A stretch of DNA of 21,598 nt from a candidate division WOR-3 bacterium (lineage in GTDB: Bacteria; Hydrothermota; Tepidihabitantia; Tepidihabitantales; JAOUPE01). Shown in pieces: positions 7,224 to 15,809 of the stretch. The notes beneath the pieces are model-generated. The model worked only from the letters and a program-made list of their open reading frames with translations, did not search any database and was not told the origin of the DNA. The stretch is taken from contig JBDRUX010000037.1 in assembly GCA_039801565.1 (NCBI GenBank), positions 1 through 21,598 of the forward strand, in the 5' to 3' direction. Made by a program: the position numbers and the translations under genes. Position 1 is the first letter of the stretch, and each line of letters starts with the position of its first letter.

Positions 7224-7845
7224 AATAATTAGGATTGTAGTTGGTGAGATGGCAACTAATTGCTATCTTTTGCAATCAGAAAAAGAGATTGCCATCATTG
7301 ACCCCGGGTTTGAGCCGGACCGAATCTACAAACAATTGGAAAAACTGCAAGGAAAAACAAAATACATAATCAACACCCATGGTCATATTGACCATATCAG
7401 CGCCAATGTTCGTTTAAAAGAACTGACCGGTGCCGAAATTTTAGTGCACCACCGCGACGCCGAACTGCTTACCCAACCGACTAAAAATTTAGCTCTATTT
7501 TTAGGTGGTACTTTTGACTTAATTAAACCCGACCGGCTCCTGCACAATGGTGATGTGATTGAAATTGGTGAAGAAAAATTAGAAGTGGTGCATACCCCCG
7601 GTCATACCCGAGGTAGTATCTGTTTAGTAGCCAAGGACTTTGCCTTTACCGGTGACACTCTTTTCATTGATTCAATTGGCCGAACCGATTTTCCCGATGG
7701 CTCGGAACGAGAAATTCTTGGTTCGCTACGCCACTTGAAAACAATCTTAAACGAAAAGATGACCATCTATCCTGGTCACGGTGAACCAGGCAGTTTTGGT
7801 GATGCCTTGGAATTGAACCCTTTTCTCCATTTTGAAGAAGTGTAA
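7216..7845 (+). CDS. MBL-fold metallo-hydrolase (glyoxalase II-like)
   Basis: THGHIDH, TPGHT, FTGDTLF, GRTD and PGHG motifs. Confidence 0.92.
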   Translation: MSKIIRIVVGEMATNCYLLQSEKEIAIIDPGFEPDRIYKQLEKLQGKTKYIINTHGHIDHISANVRLKELTGAEILVHHRDAELLTQPTKNLALFLGGTFDLIKPDRLLHNGDVIEIGEEKLEVVHTPGHTRGSICLVAKDFAFTGDTLFIDSIGRTDFPDGSEREILGSLRHLKTILNEKMTIYPGHGEPGSFGDALELNPFLHFEEV

Positions 7846-7850
7846 ATCGC

Positions 7851-7878
7851 TTGACTTTATGATTTATTTCTCTATTTT
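7851..7878 (+). promoter_or_regulatory. Possible sigma-70 promoter of ino1
   Basis: TTGACT-N16-TATTTT upstream of SD ggagg and ATG 7929. Confidence 0.45.
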
Positions 7879-7928
7879 AGAGAAAATGGCGGTTTCTACC
7901 GCTAATAAGATTAAAAACGGAGGAATTA

Positions 7929-9020
7929 ATGGGTAAAGTTAGAGTTGCAATCATTGGTGTAGGCAATTGTGCCTCCAGTTTAGTTCAGGGTGTCTATTAT
8001 TATCGCAATGCCAAGCCCGGTGAATTCATCCCTGGAATTATGCATACGGTGTTGGGTGGCTACCATATCGGTGATATAGAGTTTACTTGTGCGATTGATA
8101 TTGATAAGCGCAAAGTTGGTAAAGATTTAGCCCAGGCAATCTTCACTTACCCGAATAACACCTATAAATTCTGTGATGTGCCGAAGACTGACGTCAAAGT
8201 TTTACGGGGAATGACCCACGATGGTTTGGGCTATTATCTTTCGCAGATTATCGAAAAAGCACCCGGACCAACCGCGGATATCGTCGGCGCATTAAAAGAG
8301 ACCAAGACCGATGTCGTAGTCAATTTCTTGCCGGTGGGAAGTGAAGAGGCAACGAAATGGTATGTTGAACAGGTCTTAGAGGCAAAATGTGCCTTTGTCA
8401 ATTGTATCCCGGTCTTTATCGCTTCGCAGAAATATTGGCATAAACGGTTTAAGGATGCCGGTCTGCCTGTAATTGGTGATGATATCAAGTCCCAGGTTGG
8501 AGCAACCATCCTCCATCGGGTATTGGTCACACTTTTCAATGACCGCGGAGTGAAACTTTTACGCACTTCCCAACTCAATGTCGGTGGCAATACCGATTTT
8601 TTAAATATGTTGGAGCGGTCAAGACTTGCCTCCAAAAAGATTTCTAAGACCGGGGCAGTCACTTCGCTTTTAAAATATAAGATCGATGATGAGAATATTT
8701 ATATTGGACCTTCCGATTATGTGGCTTGGCTAAAAGACCGTAAATGGGCACATATCCGATTAGAAGGTCAGACCTTCGGTGATGTGCCTTTGAATATCGA
8801 ATTAAAACTTGAAGTCTGGGATTCACCCAATTCTGCTGGTGTGGTGATTGATGCGATTCGTTGTGCTAAGTTGGCATTAGATAATAAACTTTGCGGAAGT
8901 ATTATTGAACCATCGAGTTATTTTATGAAAACCCCCCCAGTTCAATTTCCCGATTATATCGCCCGTGAGAAGACTGAGGCATTTATTAAGAAATACGGCA
9001 ACGCGAAGCGAAAGAAATAA
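7929..9020 (+). CDS. ino1: Myo-inositol-1(3)-phosphate synthase
   Basis: [40 protein letters not shown] and VWDSPNSAG motifs. Confidence 0.96.
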   Translation: MGKVRVAIIGVGNCASSLVQGVYYYRNAKPGEFIPGIMHTVLGGYHIGDIEFTCAIDIDKRKVGKDLAQAIFTYPNNTYKFCDVPKTDVKVLRGMTHDGLGYYLSQIIEKAPGPTADIVGALKETKTDVVVNFLPVGSEEATKWYVEQVLEAKCAFVNCIPVFIASQKYWHKRFKDAGLPVIGDDIKSQVGATILHRVLVTLFNDRGVKLLRTSQLNVGGNTDFLNMLERSRLASKKISKTGAVTSLLKYKIDDENIYIGPSDYVAWLKDRKWAHIRLEGQTFGDVPLNIELKLEVWDSPNSAGVVIDAIRCAKLALDNKLCGSIIEPSSYFMKTPPVQFPDYIAREKTEAFIKKYGNAKRKK

Positions 9021-9026
9021 GCCATC

Positions 9027-9085
9027 AATTGAACCATTTGAACTTCTTGAACCGCTTTTGAACTACTTGGAACTTCTTGAACACT
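9027..9085. repeat. ~9-bp ttgaacNNN tandem micro-repeat (6 units); related copies at 12016-12042 (minus) and 20937-20965
   Basis: Units: ttgaaccat, ttgaacttc, ttgaaccgctt, ttgaactac, ttggaacttc, ttgaacact. Confidence 0.8.
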
Positions 9086-9129
9086 TTTTAATTCCGGCGC
9101 GTTATAACTAAATAGCGTCGCTAATAATA

Positions 9130-9765
9130 ATGCGGGGTGTTCTCATTGCTTTTGAAGGGATTGAAGGTTCCGGGAAAACAACCCAAGCCGAGTTACTATA
9201 TAATTACCTAAAAGAGAAATCAATCCCTTGTCTATTCAGCCGCGAACCAGGTGGCACACCAATTGGTGAAAGCATTCGCGCCATCCTTTTAGACCCGAAA
9301 AATAAGCAAATGCATGCCAAAACCGAGTTACTCCTTTATCTGGCAAACCGTTGCCAACACACCTATGAGAAGATTATTCCTGCCTTGCGTGCTGGGATGG
9401 TTATCATCATTGACCGGTTTTCGGATTCTTCGCTGGCTTACCAGGGCAAAGGCCGCGATTTGACATTTAAAGTAGTTTCAAGACTTAATAAGTTTGCTAC
9501 CTTTGGGGTAAAACCAGATTTGGTTATCCTTTTAGATGTGCCAGTGGCTGTTGGTCTGGCCCGAACCCAGAATAAAGAACTGGACCGGTTAGAACAAGAG
9601 ACTTTAAAGTTTCATGAGAAAGTACGGCAAGGTTATTGGCAATTAGCCAAACGGGCACCGAAAAGGATTAAGATTTTTGACGGCACCCAGCCGGTCGAAA
9701 AAATCCAATCCGCAATTAATAAATTAGTAGTGGATTTTTTAGAAAAAAAAGGTTATAATATATAA
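9130..9765 (+). CDS. tmk: Thymidylate (dTMP) kinase
   Basis: FEGIEGSGKTT P-loop, REPGGT, DRFSDSSLAYQG and PDL motifs. Confidence 0.96.
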   Translation: MRGVLIAFEGIEGSGKTTQAELLYNYLKEKSIPCLFSREPGGTPIGESIRAILLDPKNKQMHAKTELLLYLANRCQHTYEKIIPALRAGMVIIIDRFSDSSLAYQGKGRDLTFKVVSRLNKFATFGVKPDLVILLDVPVAVGLARTQNKELDRLEQETLKFHEKVRQGYWQLAKRAPKRIKIFDGTQPVEKIQSAINKLVVDFLEKKGYNI

Positions 9766-9788
9766 AGATAGATTAATAAAGAAAAGGA

Positions 9789-11339
9789 GTGAGATTTATG
9801 AAACCGAAGAGAAAAAGGATTGCGCTAATCGCTTCAATTTTAGTTGTAGCGATTGCACTGGGTGGACTTTTGGGGACAAGACTTTGGGCACAACGGAGCA
9901 ATATCTTTGAAGCCCTCCACATCTTTAATACTATCTTGAATATTGTGCAACAGAACTATGTTAAAGAGGTTGACGCTAAAGAACTCATTCAATCAGCAAT
10001 CAAAGGGATGCTCGGGTCATTAGACCCCTATTCGGTCTATATGAATGCCGAGGAATTTAAGGATTTAAGAGCGAAGACCGAAGCCGAGTTTGGCGGCATT
10101 GGCATTCAAATTGGATTACGCGATAACATCTTGACTGTCATTTCGCCGATTGAAGGAACTCCGGCTTATCGAGTGGGAATGCGTTCCGGTGACAAAATTG
10201 TGAAGATTGACTCTGAGCCAACCGAAGGGTTCACATTGGACGAAGCAGTAAAACGACTGCGCGGCAAACCCGGCACCAAGGTCGAAGTTGAAGTAACACG
10301 AGAAGGTTTGGCCGAGCCCATTCATTTTACAATCGTCCGCGAAATAATCAAAATTAAAGCGGTCCCGTATGCTGGTAAATTGACCGACGAGATTGGCTAC
10401 ATTCGGCTCGCCGATTTTTCACGGGTCGCAGCACCGGAATTAAGCGCCGCCCTTGATTCCTTATTTGCAATCGAAGGGATAAAAAAATTGGTATTAGACT
10501 TACGGTCAAACTCGGGCGGATTGCTCCAAGAAGGAGTCGAAGTTTCTGGATTATTTATTCCTAAAGGCGATACGGTGGTAATTACTAAAGGCAGAAGCCC
10601 AACCAGTGTTCGCGGTTATGTCGCAGACCAGGAACCGAAATACGGCAGTTTCCCATTGGTAGTTTTAGTTGACCGAGGTAGTGCCTCAGCAACCGAAATT
10701 GTTGCCGGTGCTATTCAAGATTGGGAACGTGGTCTTATCTTAGGCGACACAACTTTTGGCAAAGGTTCGGTTCAGACCCTTTATCCATTACCCGAAGATG
10801 CAGCACTAAAATTGACATCAGCTTATTGGTATACCCCATCCGGTCGTTGTATCAACCGACCAACCAAAAAAGATACCAGCAAGAAACAATCCGAGAAAAA
10901 AATAACCTACTATACCTTAGGAAAGGCAAAACGGCCAATCTATGGCGAGGGTGCGATAGCACCGGATGTCTATGTCCCATACGAAAGATTGAGCGACTTC
11001 GAATCAAAGTTAATTACCAAAGCAGTAATTTTCGAATTCGCCAATAAATATACCGCAAGAAATCCTAACCTACCAAAAGGATTTAAGGTGACAGGTGAGA
11101 TGTTACAAGAAGTGAAAGAGATTGCCCAACGCAAAGATATAAAATTCACTGATGCCCAATTTGACTCCAGCGCTGAATTTATCAAACGCGAAATCGAACG
11201 CGAGGTTGCCTTAAAACTCTGGGGTAATAATGGCGAATATGAAGCGCGGCTAAAATACGACCCCCAGGTTAAAAAGGCTGTTGAACTTTTGACCAAAGCG
11301 AAAAGTGTTGGTGATTTATTTAAGGTTGCAGGTAGATAA
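9789..11339 (+). CDS. ctpA: S41 family carboxyl-terminal processing protease (PDZ); start may be ATG 9798
   Basis: N-terminal signal/TM, LDPYS, FGGIGI PDZ, DLRSNSGG, SASATEIVAGA (catalytic Ser) and TFGKGSVQ (Lys). Confidence 0.94.
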   Translation: MRFMKPKRKRIALIASILVVAIALGGLLGTRLWAQRSNIFEALHIFNTILNIVQQNYVKEVDAKELIQSAIKGMLGSLDPYSVYMNAEEFKDLRAKTEAEFGGIGIQIGLRDNILTVISPIEGTPAYRVGMRSGDKIVKIDSEPTEGFTLDEAVKRLRGKPGTKVEVEVTREGLAEPIHFTIVREIIKIKAVPYAGKLTDEIGYIRLADFSRVAAPELSAALDSLFAIEGIKKLVLDLRSNSGGLLQEGVEVSGLFIPKGDTVVITKGRSPTSVRGYVADQEPKYGSFPLVVLVDRGSASATEIVAGAIQDWERGLILGDTTFGKGSVQTLYPLPEDAALKLTSAYWYTPSGRCINRPTKKDTSKKQSEKKITYYTLGKAKRPIYGEGAIAPDVYVPYERLSDFESKLITKAVIFEFANKYTARNPNLPKGFKVTGEMLQEVKEIAQRKDIKFTDAQFDSSAEFIKREIEREVALKLWGNNGEYEARLKYDPQVKKAVELLTKAKSVGDLFKVAGR

Positions 11340-11393
11340 AGGTAAGACAAATTAAATTTCGAATCTTATCGCTACGGCTATCTTGCCACGAAA

Positions 11394-11957
11394 TTATCCT
11401 TTAACCCGTTCGAGATAGCGACCGGTCTCAACTTCAACCCGAATCGTATCCCCAGTCTTAATAAACTGCGGTACCATTATCTCCATACCATTTTCCAATT
11501 GGGCAGTTTTATAAGCAGCATCGGTTTCTCCTTTGACACCGGTTCCAGTGCTAGTAACTTTTAAATCGACAGTTTTCGGAATCACTACATCAACCGGCAA
11601 GCCTTCATAAAATTCAATTCGCACTTTTGTACCGGGAACCAAAAATTTATCAAAGTTACCAATCTTTGATTTCTCAATGGCAATCGGCTCATAAGTCTCA
11701 GGATGAAGAAAATAAAAACTTTCACCATCCTGATAAGAATATTCTGCGGTCACTCGTTCTAAGGTGACATCTTCCACTTTTTCTTCGGGGTGGAGCCGTT
11801 TCTCGGTCATTGTTCGAGTAGCGATATTTTGTAACTTTAGATGTACTAAACTGCCCATCTTAGCAGTCCCGGCCTTGAATTCCGCCGTTATAACCCTAAA
11901 GAGCTCGTTACCAAATTTCAATACCGCGCCATCTCGAATGTCCGAAGCCAAAATCAT
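11394..11957 (-). CDS. efp: Elongation factor P family protein with atypical loop
   Basis: 187 aa. ASDIRDG start, YSYQDGESFYFLHPETYE, KTAQLENG, VPQFIKTGD and GRYLERV. Confidence 0.9.
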   Translation of the reverse strand: MILASDIRDGAVLKFGNELFRVITAEFKAGTAKMGSLVHLKLQNIATRTMTEKRLHPEEKVEDVTLERVTAEYSYQDGESFYFLHPETYEPIAIEKSKIGNFDKFLVPGTKVRIEFYEGLPVDVVIPKTVDLKVTSTGTGVKGETDAAYKTAQLENGMEIMVPQFIKTGDTIRVEVETGRYLERVKG

Positions 11958-11963
11958 ATTTAT

Positions 11964-11991
11964 AGCATAGCAAAATTGGATAATATGTCAA
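11964..11991 (-). promoter_or_regulatory. Sigma-70 promoter predicting a leaderless efp mRNA
   Basis: Minus strand TTGACA-N16-TATGCT with extended TG. Only 6 nt separate -10 and ATG; no SD. Confidence 0.75.
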
Positions 11992-12204
11992 CAGCCAAGG
12001 AAGTGGGAAGCTAAAATTGTTTAAAAAGTTTAAAGGGTTCAAATTCTCCCATTCGCCTCTAATCCGCGGTGTCGCAAAAGTTAAGTCTACAAATTTTAAA
12101 TAGTTAGGAGCAAAGCCAATTATCCAGATAGATTGTCACAGAAAAGCTAATAAAAGGATATTTTTATAAGACATTATTTTTCGGAGTGTTATAAATAGAA
12201 GTTT

Positions 12205-12220
12205 TGGCATAGAAAATGCT
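12205..12220 (+). promoter_or_regulatory. Sigma-54 (-24/-12) promoter of the signalling operon
   Basis: tGGcatagaaaatGCt has exact GG-N10-GC spacing. SD aggaggg at 12239-12245 precedes TTG 12250. Confidence 0.7.
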
Positions 12221-12249
12221 AATAGAGAATAGATAAACAGGAGGGTGAT

Positions 12250-13344
12250 TTGTTTAGGGGTCAACTCAAAATAAATTCGATTGAGAATCTAACCGAAGAC
12301 TTAAGAGTCTTAAAATCGGTTCACTATCAGAACCTTTTTCAAACTTTACCTATAGCCACTGTGGTTCTTGACCTAAAGAATGAGGTGGTAATTTGTAATG
12401 AAGCGTTTGAGCGTTTTTCGGGTTTTCGTCTTCCCGAAATTATCGGCAATGACTTAATTGATGTCTTAATTCCAATCGAAGCGCTCGAATCCGCCAAGTT
12501 CCTTTTTGGGCGATTACTTTTGGGAGAAAAAGTCAAGGAGAAGCAACTCGTCAAAATAAGCGATGGTTCAGTATTCGAAGCCGAGATAGATGGCGCACCA
12601 ATTTTGCAAAACGGCGAGCAGGTTGGCCTTTTAGTTTGTATTAGGCCAATTGTTCCGGAAAATGAATTAGTAAAAGATTTCGAAAGGTTCAAAAGGTTAA
12701 CTGAGATTAGTCAATTGATCGGAGCAATTGGTCACGAATTGCGCAATCCGCTTTGTATCATTAAAAACTCGGCTTATTTAGTTGAGAAAAAATTAAAAGA
12801 GGCTGATATTCGGAAGTATTTGGCGATAATTCGGCGTGAGGCAGAAACCAGTAATAAGATAATCGCCAATCTGTTACATTTCATTCGCCAAAGAGAACCC
12901 CAGAAACAATGGATTGACCCAGCCAAACCGGTTAAAGAGGTCTTAATGCGCTACCCTTTGCCTGAGAATATCGAATTGGAATGGAATGAACAAAATCCAG
13001 GTGCTCGGATATTAGTTGACCCTGACCAGATTGAAATCGTGCTATTAAATCTTATCACGAATGCAGTCGCCGCAATGGCAAGCGGTGGCAAACTGAAAAT
13101 TAGTTTGACTTCAGATGATAACCGTTTCCTGTATCAAATTGCTGACACCGGTTGTGGAATTGCGCCTAATGACCTAACTAAGATTTTCCAGCCGCTCTTT
13201 TCCACCAAACGCAATGGCATCGGTTTGGGTTTAAGTATAACCAAGCAACTAGTTGAAGCAAATCAAGGAAAAATTTCGGTGCAAAGTGAAGTCGGAGTTG
13301 GCACGATAGTTACTCTTGAATTTCCGAACCCGAGTATCTTATGA
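12250..13344 (+). CDS. Cytoplasmic PAS-domain sensor histidine kinase
   Basis: PAS-like CNEAFERFSGF...EIIG, H-box GHELRNPL, N-box NLITNA, G1 DTGCGI, F-box IFQPLFSTK, G2 GIGLGL. No TM segment. Confidence 0.93.
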   Translation: MFRGQLKINSIENLTEDLRVLKSVHYQNLFQTLPIATVVLDLKNEVVICNEAFERFSGFRLPEIIGNDLIDVLIPIEALESAKFLFGRLLLGEKVKEKQLVKISDGSVFEAEIDGAPILQNGEQVGLLVCIRPIVPENELVKDFERFKRLTEISQLIGAIGHELRNPLCIIKNSAYLVEKKLKEADIRKYLAIIRREAETSNKIIANLLHFIRQREPQKQWIDPAKPVKEVLMRYPLPENIELEWNEQNPGARILVDPDQIEIVLLNLITNAVAAMASGGKLKISLTSDDNRFLYQIADTGCGIAPNDLTKIFQPLFSTKRNGIGLGLSITKQLVEANQGKISVQSEVGVGTIVTLEFPNPSIL

Positions 13345-13769
13345 ATAACCCTTTAAAGATTCTGATTGTCGATAATGATATCAGTCTGCAGGAAGTATTT
13401 TCGGATTATCTGCGTTCTGAAGGATATGATGTTACTTGTGTTTCCAGTGGCTTTGAGGCCCTCCAGCAATTGAAAAGCATACCCTTCGATATTGTTTTCC
13501 TGGATACCTTGATGCCGGAGATGAACGGTGTAGAAACTTTTCAAAGGATAAAGAGTAATGGTTTTGACACAACTGTGGTGATGATGACCGCCTACGCCTA
13601 TTCGGAATTAATTGACCAAGCAAAAAATTTGGGCGCCCAATTAATCTTATTGAAACCGTTCGATTTCAATCAAATCATTCGATTTTTAAAGGAGTTTGCT
13701 GCCAGCAATGGTCTCAATTCAGAGACAGTTGGTCGTTTACGACAAGCCTTAGATTATAGGACTGCTTAA
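13341..13769 (+). CDS. Single-domain response regulator receiver
   Basis: ILIVDND, FLDTLMPEMNG, MTAY and KPF motifs. No output domain. Confidence 0.92.
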   Translation: MNNPLKILIVDNDISLQEVFSDYLRSEGYDVTCVSSGFEALQQLKSIPFDIVFLDTLMPEMNGVETFQRIKSNGFDTTVVMMTAYAYSELIDQAKNLGAQLILLKPFDFNQIIRFLKEFAASNGLNSETVGRLRQALDYRTA

Positions 13770-13770
13770 G

Positions 13771-14199
13771 ATGATGGAAAACGAAATTAAGAAAAAAATT
13801 CTCTTGGTCGATGATGAAACCGATATGTTAGCAGTGAATAGTGCGATTTTAGAAAGTTATGGCTATGAAATCTTATCGGCAAAAGATGGGATGGAAGCAC
13901 TAGCAACGATAAATCGCAGTGTGCCCGATTTGATTTTATTGGATTTGATGATACCAGGCATTGATGGCTATCAGATTTGTGGAATTTTAAAACATGACAA
14001 ACGCTACCAAAAGATTCCAATTATCATTGTCTCAGCGCGCTTTTCAGAACAAGACCAGAAATTGGCAAAAGAGGTTGGTGCTGATGACTACCTAACTAAG
14101 CCGTTTGAACCGAAAACCCTTTTGGCAAAGATTACAGCACTTTTGACTGATGGCAAGAATCAAGAACCCAAATTAGCAAATGAATACCGAAATCTATAA
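13771..14199 (+). CDS. Single-domain response regulator receiver
   Basis: ILLVDDE, PDLILLDLMIPGIDG, VSA and GADDYLTKPF motifs. No output domain. Confidence 0.93.
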   Translation: MMENEIKKKILLVDDETDMLAVNSAILESYGYEILSAKDGMEALATINRSVPDLILLDLMIPGIDGYQICGILKHDKRYQKIPIIIVSARFSEQDQKLAKEVGADDYLTKPFEPKTLLAKITALLTDGKNQEPKLANEYRNL

Positions 14200-14214
14200 T
14201 TTAGGAGGGGTGAT

Positions 14215-14628
14215 ATGAATCCTAAGGTGAATTTTTCTGAATTTGGCAAGAATTATTATTTGCGTCATATCCGGTTAATTCGGGAATTTAGTTTGCAGGC
14301 AAATGAAGCTTTGCTGCAAAATGACCCGAAAAGTTGTAGTTTTTACCTCACTCGCGCCCATCGTATAGTCAAAGGGATTAATCCGTTTGGCAAATATTTA
14401 ACGGAATCCGACCGTGTGGGTTTAAGTTTCGCCCAAAACCGGCTAAAAAAACTTTTTGCCAAGATTCCATCCCAAATCGACTCGATGGAAATTGATACGA
14501 CGAGGAATCTGATTGAAGAAATAATTGTTGAGACAGTTGATTTAGAAAAAGATGTCTTAGGAATTAGTTTTGCCCAGTTGACGCAAAAAGTTTTAATCGA
14601 AAATAATCATAATCCAAGGAGGGTGTAA
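14215..14628 (+). CDS. Hypothetical alpha-helical protein (paralog of next gene)
   Basis: Strong SD aggagggg, co-oriented in the operon, shares motifs with 14628..15011. Confidence 0.75.
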   Translation: MNPKVNFSEFGKNYYLRHIRLIREFSLQANEALLQNDPKSCSFYLTRAHRIVKGINPFGKYLTESDRVGLSFAQNRLKKLFAKIPSQIDSMEIDTTRNLIEEIIVETVDLEKDVLGISFAQLTQKVLIENNHNPRRV

Positions 14629-15011
14629 TGGATAACGGACGAGAAAAACTAACCAACCGGGTTAAAGAGTATATCAGTAAACATATGCAAGAGTTACGGA
14701 CGCTCTCTAAATCATTTCTGGCAACGAGCGGAGAGAAAGAAAAAGAGAGCGCCCGGGCTCAACTTTTGAGGTTGCGCAAATTAATTGAACGAATGGACAG
14801 CAATAATTTCAAGGCGCAGGACAAAAAATTTATCTCGGAAGCAAAAGAGATACTCCTGCCATCTTACGAACAAGCGTTACGGTCGTTCAATCAAGGCGAT
14901 TGGTTTATGGCTCGGCAGTTAGTAGAAGATGCCATCATTGATACCTTAACTATTGAGAGTGTTACCTTGGGTTGGCACGAATCGGAAACGTCAGGAACAC
15001 GAAGTATTTAA
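14628..15011 (+). CDS. Hypothetical alpha-helical protein (paralog of previous gene)
   Basis: SD aaggaggg and TAATG stop/start overlap. Shared C-terminal motif R-x-L-(I/V)-E-x-x-I-x-(D/E)-T-x-x-(L/I)-E-x3-LG. Confidence 0.75.
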   Translation: MDNGREKLTNRVKEYISKHMQELRTLSKSFLATSGEKEKESARAQLLRLRKLIERMDSNNFKAQDKKFISEAKEILLPSYEQALRSFNQGDWFMARQLVEDAIIDTLTIESVTLGWHESETSGTRSI

Positions 15012-15139
15012 GCTTTAACTCTTTAGGTTATTCAGAAATTTAAAGGAAATTATCTGGGTTAATTAAGAGCTCAAGTAAAATATTTACAGTTTAAGCCCTT
15101 GCCGACATCTCGCCAATCGAAAAAGTTCAGTAGTTCCGG

Positions 15140-15235
15140 TTAGCGGAGTTTTTTCTTATGGCGATTTGCTTTCCGGCGTTTTTTGAACTTATGCCGTTTA
15201 ATCTTTCTTAATTTTCGCTTACGTCCGCAAGGCAT
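15140..15235 (-). CDS. 31-aa basic AURKAIP1/COX24-like (bS22-like) small ribosomal protein, absent from the ORF track
   Basis: Translates MPCGRKRKLRKIKRHKFKKRRKANRHKKKLR*. SD aagggag lies 9 nt upstream, within the end of the HU/IHF gene. Confidence 0.85.
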   Translation of the reverse strand: MPCGRKRKLRKIKRHKFKKRRKANRHKKKLR

Positions 15236-15240
15236 ATTAA

Positions 15241-15534
15241 TTAACTCCCTTTAGCAATTTTTGCCTTTAATAATCTTGATGCCTTAAAAACTGGAACGCG
15301 ACGGGTTGGGATGTTGACCGGTTGATTGGTCTTCGGATTACGGGCGACTTTTGGTTTACGGAGCTTGGTCTTGAGAATACCAAAACCCCGAATTTCAATC
15401 CGGTCACCTTTGACCAACGACTGAATCATTGCATCTAAAAACTTTTGGACAATTCGTGAAACATCCCGCTTCGTGATACGGGGTGCCATCTCTTTGGCTA
15501 CTTCCTCAACCAAATTAGCTTTGGTGATGGTCAT
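15241..15534 (-). CDS. HU/IHF family DNA-binding protein (IHF-beta-like)
   Basis: TKANLVEEVA, RIEIRGFG, ARNPKT and PVFKAS motifs. Confidence 0.93.
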   Translation of the reverse strand: MTITKANLVEEVAKEMAPRITKRDVSRIVQKFLDAMIQSLVKGDRIEIRGFGILKTKLRKPKVARNPKTNQPVNIPTRRVPVFKASRLLKAKIAKGS

Positions 15535-15542
15535 TTTTCCTC

Positions 15543-15764
15543 CTATTTACAAGTACTACAGGTCTTGGTTTGACAACCGGTGCAAGAGCCTTTTGAGGAA
15601 ATTACCTTCTTTTCGGTGCCAGCGACCGCAAAGGCAGAAAGCAAAAGAGTCAATTTTCGGCTACCACATTTGGGACAGCGTAAATCTTTTTCATCGGCTT
15701 TGTTCAATAGTAAAACCTCAAAAGCCTCTTGGCAACCATTGCATTGATATTCTTTGATTGGCAT
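15543..15764 (-). CDS. FmdB-family zinc ribbon protein
   Basis: MPIKEYQCNGC...FE...CPKCGS, plus C-terminal CTGC...CSTC. Confidence 0.88.
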   Translation of the reverse strand: MPIKEYQCNGCQEAFEVLLLNKADEKDLRCPKCGSRKLTLLLSAFAVAGTEKKVISSKGSCTGCQTKTCSTCK

Positions 15765-15771
15765 TTACTAA

Positions 15772-15799
15772 ATTATAATAAAATTTAATTTTGTGTCAA
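15772..15799 (-). promoter_or_regulatory. Consensus sigma-70 promoter predicting a leaderless FmdB-HU-bS22 transcript
   Basis: Minus strand TTGACA-N16-TATAAT, 7 nt before ATG 15764; no SD. Confidence 0.8.
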
Positions 15800-15809
15800 T
15801 AAATATAAC

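Noticed and set aside
12679..12700. ttcgaaagg-ttcaaaagg-ttaa resembling the 9-bp repeat inside the kinase gene
   Set aside because: Only about two units, explained by the helical linker coding FERFKRL.
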